Assembly (NCBI GenBank): GCA_002633005.1
Contig: NMRA01000002.1
Coordinates: 574,044-638,043, forward strand
Reading direction: 5' to 3'
Length of the DNA stretch: 64,000 bases
DNA from: Phoronis australis
Taxonomy: Eukaryota > Animalia > Phoronida
Under the pieces are notes generated by a model. The model was not told the DNA's origin, searched no databases, and saw only the letters and a program-made list of their open reading frames with translations. Positions 12,301 to 22,330 of this stretch are shown here, in pieces. The translations under genes were made by a program, and so were the position numbers. Within the stretch, counting starts at the first letter, position 1. Each line of letters begins with the position of its first letter.

Positions 12301-15300
12301 TAGGTGGACATGACATCTAGACTTATGTGACTTTGGTATTTTATGGAAGTCTTGCGTATGCAGAACACAATCTAGGCTATGGATATTTGTATGATTGCAG
12401 CAGCTGGATATTGAACCCATGACCTTGCAGTTGAGACCCCAGCACAGTAACCACTGAGACACATAGGCTCTGTTGTCTTCCTTGCACTATTAAATGTGGA
12501 TGCTCTCAGTAGTCTGTTGAGTGTACATGTAAAATATAATCGTACAAAACGACCCAGAATTCCTCGTCTTGACACCCGAGTATTGTTAGCAGTATTCCCT
12601 GTTATGCTTGCTGACCGCACGTGAAATTCTACATCACGACAGCTGCCTGAGTACAAGTGGAATTTACTGTAAGATTAGATGGAATCACGAGTGATGAAAT
12701 GTTGTCACTGGCTGTGATAGAGAAAGAGAATTTTGTCTTATCACTTCTGTGGTTTGCTGTAGGTGGCATTTGTGAAATTTTAGGTTTGATTGTTTTTGTT
12801 CTCATTTGTTCACTTAGTATGGTCTCTATAAAGGGAGAAAAGTGAGGCGCCTTCAATCGATGCACGTTCATTTGTTTCAGATATTATTGGGTAAGAACCT
12901 GCTTATGAAGGTTATTTGACGTTTGATATTTCAGAAATTGGCCACTTGTTGTCTGTGCAGCGAGCTAGGCCACACGAACAGGACCTGCCCTATGGCTCCG
13001 TGTCATAACTGTGGGCAACCTGGACACACTTTCCGTGACTGTCAACAGAGGAGGCGAAGAATGAATGAGGAGTGTCATCGCTGCGGCATGTTTGGACACA
13101 TAAAAAATGTATGTACGGTAAAATATCAGTGGACAAAAGTAATCGTTAAACATACCGTTTCCTGTCGTGACGGCTAAGGGCTGTTCCAGTAAAATCTGTG
13201 TGTGAGGGGGGGAAGGCAATTGAAATAAAAATTTATGGGTGGTTGTGTTTGATTTAAATTCAAATTGGCTGGTGGTCGTACTTCAAAAAAATAAAAATTT
13301 ACAGGTCGTTGTTGTTTCATTGCACAATAAATGTTTGATGGTGTGTAATTTCAGTAAGTTTTATAAACAATCCACACAGAATCAACAACTAAAATAAAAA
13401 CGCAACTTGCAAAAAGCTCCGTCTTTTTAACTCCCTCCGATCTCTCCATCAGCATGCCCATAACACCAGTCAATCACAGGCGCTTGAATTTCTCGATGGC
13501 TAATAACCATATATAAGAAACGTATGTTTTCTTAGTAATGAATGACATCAGTGGTGATCGAGAAAGAGATGAACTCAAGTGCCTGTGAAGTCAACACAAG
13601 AACAAAAAAAAAAATTACGGGTGATTGCATTTCAAAAAATTACAGGTGGTGGGCTGAAGAAATGAATGAAAAATATGAGTGGTGGGTGCGAAAAAAAGTG
13701 CCTTCCCCCCTCCCACCTTCCCCTCTCCCATACAGATTTTACTGGAACAGCCCTGATTCTGTTTACAGCAAAAATAATTGGTAATAACTTTTAGGCAGCA
13801 AAATTCCAATTACAAAGTGGCCACCTTACAAATGTTTCTGTTATCTCCCCTTTATTCTCAGTGGAGACCCTGGAAACACTATTCTGACAATGAATTTGGA
13901 TTTTGGCCACGTCATTTTTTGTACGATATGCGTATATTGATGAGAAATTTTGAATACATGGCTTAAATATTTTGTATCTATGTCATCGTTGTCTTTACTT
14001 TATATGAAATGCGGCATTTTGTTTTTGCAGGAGTGCCCAGAAATCTGGAGGCAATATCATTTGACGGTAAGTATTTTTCCCTTGTCCTGCTGCTTTAATT
14101 GAAGAAAAGTGCTTGGACAGCAATAGTTGCTTACTGGGGGTCTCTAGATTTTGAGGACCAGTTTGATGTGTGTTGTTCAGTGGAGAAAACTGGTTCTTAA
14201 TATGTAGGACTCCTATGAGTGACTATTATCACTTGGATAATGGATTGCCTGCAAAAAAGCATAAAAGATACGGTTCGATTCATAAAATATAAAATCATCA
14301 TTATGATTCTGTCAAAGATGTGTCATAGATTTTCAACGGATAAATTCTACGAATTTAATCATTTGCTTAATCTTTGATAAGAATACATTGAAAGACGTTG
14401 AGTTTATTCACAAGTCAGTGCCGTTTTTTGTCCTCAGTATGTTGTAATACGTGTTTTATACCTTTCAACCCTTGTTTGCAGATTAGTGGTTCTGGCAGTC
14501 CCACAGTTACGGGACCGCATGCTGAAAACAAGAGAGTATTTTGCTACAACTGTGCCGCCGAGGGTCACTTCGGTTTCGTAAGGACTTTATTTCATTTTGT
14601 TCCTCATGCTCTTTTTTTTTGTGCATTGCAACTAATGTGGTGAGCAATAAACTGGTCAAATCTTGTCAAAATATGAGTTTTTAGCTACACTTTCTGCTGG
14701 TCATCTCTTAGTAAATCGTTTGAAGGTACTGTGCACCCGCTTTTAGCCTTAAAAAAATTATGACGACTTGTCATAAGGGTTCCTTGCTTTGCGTAGGCCA
14801 TGTTTTAGAGTTGTAACTTGTTCTCCATCAGCAAAACATTTAACACTAAAACATGTTCCACTGGAAAATGATAGTTGCATATGTGTCAACTTAAGGAGAT
14901 TCAATAGTAGGAAGGTTTGAGGTTCTCTGTGTGTTCTGTAATCACGTAACCAATCCAACAATCTGTGATAAAAATGTGAAGGTTATATTTAGTTCTACGT
15001 AGTAAAGTAAAATTATATTATTGTTTATTGAGCACGCCGTTTCTTATTGCAGGATTGTAACAAAGAATTAATGGATCGATTCCGCAACACCCAAATTCCA
15101 TTTATAGCGCGGTACGATACAAGTCTACCAATGGGCCAGCATGGGATTAAAAGAAAACACGGTAAGTAAACATTACACTGTAATCCATTTTAGTTCACTA
15201 AGATGTTGATTAGGCTCTAGCGACAATGTTTGGGAATATTTGTGCTGGTCTTAGATTTGTGAGCACAGTTTTTTGTGGAGATGGATATGAATATTAGATG

Positions 15301-16245
15301 GTTTCTTCTATTGAGATGCTGATCTTGATGAGTGCAATTTGCTCTACTTAGTGATCAGATTTCGCTTTCTTTAGAAAAAGAATCAGTTTTCTGTTACTTG
15401 TGCTAATTCATGCTTTGGCGTTCTCGTGGAACCTTTTTTTCGAACTAATCAGAAAAGCCCACACCTCAGAATTTGCAGTCAAAAATCATAAGTCACAACC
15501 CAGTCGTCACAACACTTGTTGAGTTTAACAAATATTTGCAGTAAAGTAATCAGTCTTTGAAGAATGACATTTCGGCAATTAAGTTTGTGCGAAAGAAGTG
15601 GAGAATTACCATAGTATATAAATGGTAATGTGTATTCACATTGCCTACCACGGCCTTGTCTTTTTAGATGACTATGAGGAACAATACGACATGCCCCATA
15701 AAAGACAAAAAAGGAACGGAGGTGATGAAAGAAGGACATACCCTAACAAAGTGACCACTGGAAGGAATTTAAGTTCAAGGACAAATAAGCCACGGAAGTC
15801 TTCTGATTTGAATGTACATGCCAAGAACTTCCTGAATTCAAACATCCCCTCTAAATCCAATAAAAACAAGAAAAAACGGAACAAGCAAGCTGAGGGTGAT
15901 TTTCTCAGGGATGCTGGCCCCCCACGAAATCATAGTCATCACAGAAGAGAAGCAGACACAGGTGGGAATGCACCTTGGAGCAGGAAAGGACGATTTAATG
16001 AGGTCTATGGAGATAGGTTTAGTGGCAATGATTTTCCAAGGGGTGTTGGCCCATCCCCGAATCACAACTGGAAAAAAACAAGTTTCTCGAAACCTCAATC
16101 GAAGAAGAAATTTACTGGTGGAAGAGAAGTTGATGACACAAGGTGGTGGAATAATAAGACAAAGAAAGGTGGAAAGAATAGAAAGAAGCAGAGTAAGAAA
16201 GATGACGTTTATGGGCATAGGGTTAGTAGTCACAGGTGGCATTAG
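9330..16245 (+). CDS. ZCCHC7: Zinc finger CCHC domain protein 7 (Air1/Air2-like, TRAMP-like complex subunit), 570 aa, 8 coding exons
   Basis: Exons 9330-9737, 10437-10611, 11099-11235, 12935-13108, 14031-14066, 14482-14577, 15053-15161, 15668-16245 (1713 nt, GT-AG, phases consistent). N-terminal EIALYGQIHH, NRYY before five CX2CX4HX4C knuckles, diagnostic CPEIWRQYHLT linker, basic low-complexity C-terminus. Confidence 0.9.
11304..11545. mobile_element. Small MITE (Tc1/mariner-pogo-like termini)
   Basis: TIRs gtaaaatctcaccaatttcggagaca / tgtgtccgaaattggtgaatttttac. Confidence 0.65.
12400..12469 (-). mobile_element. tRNA-derived SINE head or tRNA pseudogene
   Basis: Minus strand agcctatgTGTCTCAGTGGttactgtgctggggtctcaactgcaaggtcatgGGTTCAATATCCagctgc: degenerate A and B boxes at tRNA spacing, no intact cloverleaf. 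Confidence 0.55.
13178..13753. mobile_element. PIF/Harbinger-like MITE with 3-bp target duplication
   Basis: TIRs GGGCTGTTCCAGTAAAATCTGT / ACAGATTTTACTGGAACAGCCC, flanked by TAA and TGA; an empty-site paralog of the host repeat sits at ~46755. Confidence 0.85.
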
Positions 16246-17568
16246 ATGACGAATCATATGTTGACCTAGTTGTTAAATATTTAAAGCTATTTTGTGGGAG
16301 GTACCCTGTCCACAAAGGTTTAATGTAGGAATGGCATTACCGATGGAGGTGTCTTATCAGAATGTGACATGGGCACCTAGGGAGATGAGACTGCAGATGG
16401 TTGACTCACATCTAGTGTGGGGTGGGGTTTGAAAACATCTGCGGCCTTCTAAGCCTAAGGTACTGTTGTACATGCATGCGAATGGTTAAGTACATGTCAA
16501 AATAACAGGACAAAATAATCACGCACTTTCGTTCTTGATGACTGTAGCTGTAGAGTCGTAATGGGGAATTGAAATTTTGTTCTGATTGTCTGTGGCGTGT
16601 TCTTTGAGCCTACCCAAGTTTTAGTTTGATATTGCTGGGATGCAAAGAGTGAACAGATGAGCCGTGCCCAAGGTACGCGATCTTGGTCAATCAGGTGCTC
16701 ATTGCATCCAGCAATAATGCATTAGAGTTGAGACATGGTGTAAGATTCAGTGATTTTACTCTTCATGTGTTCTATTGTTGCAATTTTTAAATTGGTGAAA
16801 ATCAGTTTTTTGCTTCTTAGAATGTTCAGAATGAAGAACGCCAGAAACTTTTGTTAATTTCCTAGTATGCTGGCCATTATTATTAATTTATTCATCATGT
16901 CATAATGAGTGTGCTCATCTACTGTCGTGTAGGGGCAATAATACTATTCAAAACCAATGTCATGTTCAGGTGGGAAACCATTGTGCACATCGCTTGAAGA
17001 GCGATACTCTTGTTTCAAATGTGTACTGTTGATTATTTATTTTAATGTCGCGACTGGTACGGTAGATGGAAGAAATTCCTGTTTGGGACAGTCGTTAAAA
17101 TTTAGAACTCAGAATTTTTAACCATTTTTCTGAAAACTTCAGATGCTGGGTTTTGTATACCACAGAGTGCGGCAGCTCATAAAATTGTCATAAGTGACAC
17201 AGGATTTTCATGTGTAGTGGCTGAGGGCAATGATCATCGCTTGTCTGTAATTCTAGAATTTGCGATGGCGAATTTTGCAATGGTGCAAGCTCTCTCGTTC
17301 ATTAAGACGTCACTGTCCCCAAGTGGGAGTATTTATACAGTAATAAATCATGTGTGGGTTGTTACACATTGCCAACACAAACATGTGTTCCTCACACTGT
17401 TGCCATCGTATCTTTGATCACCTGTTGATTTACAAGTTTTTATCACAACAATGTTGAGTTGAATACATTGAATGTGGTAGAAGACTAATAGAATATTTTA
17501 ATTGTTTAATTATTAACACAGTTAATCCTGTGTTGAACCGCACTGCAACAATCCTGGTTTGGCTGTTG

Positions 17569-17574
17569 AATAAA
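17569..17574 (+). terminator. Candidate polyadenylation signal of ZCCHC7
   Basis: AATAAA ~1.3 kb after the stop, followed by T/GT-rich sequence. Confidence 0.45.
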
Positions 17575-18449
17575 TGCTTCATTACCACTACAATATTTTT
17601 AATGGTGCTATTACAAGTACAACAGAGGTAAAATGAAATTTGTTGGGTTTAGAACTTCTCAACTGCTATAGCAAAGGAGTGCATAAAATTGAAAAGTACT
17701 TTTGTTTTGGGATTTGCCAAGCAATATACCATACATTATTTGCGGTCTCGAAGGCCAATTTTCAACGATGTCTTAATCACATTTTCTGTTCATGGTAATG
17801 TTCAAAAAATTCTTTTTAAGTAGTTCAAGTTTTGTTGTATTGTGCTGAAGGGGTATTTTCCTTGTAGGTGGCCAAGACACGAGGACTGAATTGGAACTTT
17901 TACTATCATAAAATTAGCCTCGTATTCCATTTCCATTGCCAACAAAAACGTAAATACCATCAGCTACTCGATAAAGATTCATTATTGGTTTTGGCTAGCC
18001 CTAGAATTGGGAAAACGATGCTTGTACACATCGTGCGACTTCCAGCTCATTCGACAATTCAAGATTGAATAACAGTAGTAATGTTTTTAAACCAGAAGTG
18101 TTTCTGTTCAGAATTTAGGATGGGATTAAATGCTGGAATGTGCAATCTCAGCTTGTTGAAATTCATGCCGTTTCGTTTTAAGCCAGCATTAATGGAAAAA
18201 AGCATATTGAAGCATGAATATAATCATGGGTCAAATAAGACCATAATGCACTGTGTATCTAAATAGTAAAACAACTCGGGACGTAAAACATTGACCAACG
18301 AAACAGTTTATGACTACACTAACCCAGGCCCACAGCGTAATTGGTTCATGGGTTAGACTACAGTGGCTTTGGATGTTCACTTCGATCTATACTGACTATA
18401 GTACCAGGTGAAAACAACAAATTGCACGAGTATCAGAAACAACAGAACA

Positions 18450-18465
18450 TTTATTAAAATTTATT
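18450..18465 (-). terminator. Polyadenylation signals of RPL30
   Basis: Two AATAAA on the minus strand 40-55 nt after the stop codon, typical of short ribosomal-protein 3'UTRs. Confidence 0.7.
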
Positions 18466-18503
18466 TATGTCCCGATTTAAGTTGACATAACAATTGGTGA
18501 CAC

Positions 18504-21500
18504 TTAAGAAGGTTGCTGTTCACCAGAAGGCATGCTGCGGATGATGTCAGAATCGCCTGTAACGAGATGAGGAATGGTGAAGGCATACACTTAAGATCTC
18601 GAGTATTCGTGATAGTCACTAACTGAGACTATGGCCAACGGTGGAGGAGTTGGGTTTACACAAGATTCTACACAAGGTTCGCACAGAACCTGTTGGCAAT
18701 GGTATTATTGGTAACAATGATAAATTGACCCTAACTTCAAATGAACATTCCCTTGACAACAAGTAACTAACCAACTCGCGAAAATTGACAAACTGAAAGT
18801 TTGTGTAAAAAATGAGAAAACTTTGTTTTTCTGGTTCACAAATACGCTCGTGACCAGATATCAATTATTATTTAAGTTACTTCCATGTTGACCAAATCCA
18901 ATATCATTTCACTGGAAGAACGCTCCACTCACCATGATCCTTGACAACAAAGAATTATATAACTTTGAATTCATTAAAAATTGCCACATCAAAACTGGAG
19001 AAAACCATGTCAACAAATCCAAATGCTTTGATGACCTGATCATGGCCTCAAAGTAAATCCAATTGTGATCAATCACAATAAGCATTTAATTGAAAGAGCC
19101 TTGCACTCACCTGGGTCAGTGATGCTGAGGGTGCAGACCCTGAAGTATTTACCACAAGCGGTACCCAGCTCAATGTTGTCACCGTTGTAATGGTGGACGC
19201 CTGTACGTGCCAACATGGCGTAGTACTCGATCTCACTCTTCCTGTAACCGTAAAGTTCAATGGTGACACAGACACCAGCATAGCGTCAAATGAAATGACA
19301 TGGGCCGATTTTGAAGCGACATTATCGTCTCTACAGCACAAAACTTATTTTTGAGATTATTGTTAAAAGAGGTCGATTTTTTGTGGCTTTTATTTCGTTT
19401 CACTAATTGTCGCCATTGTCTGCCTGAAATTTGCTGGCACCAAGACCGAATGGCTTTACCAGTACATTTATTATCAGATTATGCCACTACTTGCAGAATG
19501 CGATTTAGCTCAGCCAACACAGCCCTTGGCTGCAATGCAGCAGTTTCAGATTCGATTTCACACTGGGATAGATCACTTTTTTTCTCCACGATATTGTCAC
19601 TTTAATCATTGCCACAATACAGTAAATGTACAGACCAAGTTCAACTAACAATTAAAACTGCTATAAAACCACACCTTCCGTCAACAAATCTTTGACTTTA
19701 GGACAACTTCCCACTGTAAAACTACCTTCAACTGGTTTCTTACACAGGTCAGAAGGAAATTCTACGCACGAAATAAACTGACAGTACATTAGTGTTCGAG
19801 ATATCAGCGTATGAAAACCCACTGCGAAAACATAAACTACCAAGCCTGGTTTCAAACAATAACAAATTGATAATTCTGTCAATCCAAGAAATATTCTAAA
19901 TTGAGAAAGGAGAAAGTCGAGATAGAAGTTTTTAACGGTAAGATATCTAAATCACAAGCTACGTTTGCAATGGAAGGTGGGTTCATGGCATTTTTAACAA
20001 AATTTTAAATTCATATAAACAAATAGACATACAAGCACTTATGTGAAGTCACATCATTTAACGTTCACCAAAACCCGATTGTGCAAGAAAGCTTAAAACC
20101 ATCATTACCACTCGAAACATCCTCGCGAGTCGCCCTAATGGCACGGCCAATTGTCAGCCTGGCAGTACTCTTCAACAAGACACAGAGGATTAATCAAGAA
20201 TTAGGTTCTATCTTCACTCCACAACCACAGAGCTCCAGAACCAAACAGGTCAGCGAACTCACAACATTGTTTTATGCAATTTGACACAATATGTCTCAAA
20301 ATAGTGCCCCACCTTTTTCAAATTTTGTACCGGAGCTACCGTATTAACAGACAATATTTTGAGAAATTGTGGTCATATGAAAGACCTTGTAAACTAAAAA
20401 AGGCAATTTTGGCAATAACTTTTGCGCGAGATTGTACAGATGTTATTTTTTCTCAAACACACCTTAATTAAACGAATAAATAAGAGTAAACGAGTGTGGT
20501 CAGAAATCACTTTGACACATTATACCTGTGCAGAATATACAGATGCTATAACACTGGCAGCATTTGTAATATTACCTCAGCGGCGGAGTATTATTGGCGA
20601 TGATAATCAGCTTGGCCTTGCCAGAACGCACGGTCTTGCGGGTTTGTCTGTATCCCAGCACATACTTTCCACTCTTCATAACCAGAGCCAGGCGAGCATT
20701 GATGCTCTCAATAGCCTTCTTCTGCAAATGGGAAACAAAACACAGATTTTAGTGTTTTAGACAAGTCACGAGTGCACTTTTATTACACTACACCATTACA
20801 AAAGGAGAAAGATATAGACATTACAAGGGATATTTCTTGTTGGCTGGACTTTGCACCAAATACTATTTCCACCATTTACCAGATTTTTCTGCATCAAACT
20901 TCGCCAATCTCACTTCAAAAAGCACCAATAAGTTTCAAAGCATCTTTTTATGTTCAGCTTATTTTTTCACAGAAAAATAATTGTCCAAAATCCGTAACAT
21001 GTGCCACCGTCTCCACTGGCCACGGCAGAAACGCTTCATGCATCGAAAGCTTTTTGGCAATTATACCTCACATTGATTAAAACATCGTGCTGCTACAAGT
21101 ACCTTTTGCACATAGAAGGACACCTAGGAGAAAGTCGATGTCTTTAGTTCCTTCCAACTTTAACAAATACTACCATAATCAAACTTTTATGGGAGCATTT
21201 TGTTCAGTTGCCCAAATAGACATCTGGCCATTTTTATACTGCGTGCGCTCCTACGACTATGTTAACAATGACACTGTATGCACCACGAGTCCACTAAGTG
21301 CACAAGATACTCATAGTCATAGCAACATGACTTTGGTGTTTTAATCAATGTAACGCAAAATTCGCAGAAAAACTTACAGTGAATGAAGCACCCAAATTCG
21401 CTTCACTGCCTCTACTGGGGCCAGTCGAGACTGTGGTACAGACTGTCCCGAAAAAAGAATTCACTCTTGAGGCACTTGTCAGCTATAGCAGTCCATGATT

Positions 21501-21769
21501 TAGAGAACCAGGCAATTACTGAATAACGGGCCTGTTCCTGCTATAGGCAAACTGGTTCTAATATAACTCAGTCCCCACTCGATTTGTATCAAACCCAAAA
21601 ATTGACTTGATGAGACTCAAACAGCTTAAGAAAGGACAATCAGTGTTTTCGCAAAAACATAATAAATTTAGGGAACTTCGTTGAGTCCCTATTTCAGTAT
21701 TTGGGACTATTTTCATGCAACCGGGCACAGGCCGCACAGGTCACTTACAGATTTCTTTTGAGGTGCCAT
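18504..21769 (-). CDS. RPL30: 60S ribosomal protein L30 (eL30), 116 aa, 4 coding exons
   Basis: Exons (minus): 21769-21749 MAPQKKS; 20721-20576 [49 protein letters not shown]; 19241-19111 [43 protein letters not shown]; 18556-18504 [17 protein letters not shown]. Total 351 nt, GT-AG. Confidence 0.97.
21030..21252 (+). repeat. Diverged partial copy of the long-TIR MITE family found at 22633-23972
   Basis: aagctttttggcaattatacctcac...taccttttgcacatagaagg...tccttccaactttaacaaatact...tactgcgtgcgc aligns by eye with the arm at 22700-22907; a weaker copy lies at ~4425-4545. Confidence 0.7.
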
Positions 21770-21905
21770 TTTCAGATTCTCCAGGCAAAAGGTCCTACAA
21801 AAACAAAGAAATAATAACATTAAGAACACATAGATTCAACAGAACTAACGTAAATTCACATTTATTGACATCATTATAGTAAATTTAACGAAAATCACCA
21901 CCCAC

Positions 21906-21951
21906 CCTTCTCAGAATCAACTTAACAGCTCGACCACGTTGGGGAAAAAGG
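21906..21951 (-). promoter_or_regulatory. RPL30 non-coding first exon with 5' terminal oligopyrimidine (TOP/TCT) start
   Basis: Minus strand CCTTTTTCCCC at 21951-21941, donor AAGG|GTGGGT at 21906/21905, acceptor ttgtag near 21795 upstream of the ATG exon. Confidence 0.75.
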
Positions 21952-21956
21952 ATGAC

Positions 21957-21974
21957 TACCCAGAATGCACTTGG
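21957..21974 (+). promoter_or_regulatory. ZNF143/Staf binding site (SBS)-like motif in the RPL30-WDR35 bidirectional promoter
   Basis: TACCCAGAATGCACTTGG matches the Staf consensus YWCCCRNMATSCMYY. Confidence 0.6.
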
Positions 21975-22330
21975 CATTCACTGTTAATAATACCCTCCCA
22001 GTTTTAGGATACATCATTTTTGGGGTTGAACTAAGTTAGTGTTACAAGTGACTTAAATATCTTTAAAATCTCACAAATCATGTAAGAGAGTTTCTTTGTT
22101 AATTTTTCCAAATTGATTTTGACTCATGGAAGTGTGCTATTTTGGACGTGTTCATTCTACTTGTTACGCCTTTGCATGAGGGTAAAACATGAACGTCTCT
22201 AATGTTCTCGAAACAGAACGAGATGTCTGCAAATAGTTGAAAGTATGGCTGCCGAAGTTTCAAACTGCTTCCACTTCTGACACGATTTCTTCAAATGCAC
22301 AGACAAATAAGAACCAAGTAGCTAGCAAAG

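Noticed and set aside
15838-16257. 139-aa antisense and 117-aa alternate-frame ORFs
   Set aside because: Shadows of the purine-rich ZCCHC7 last exon, with no recognisable domain.
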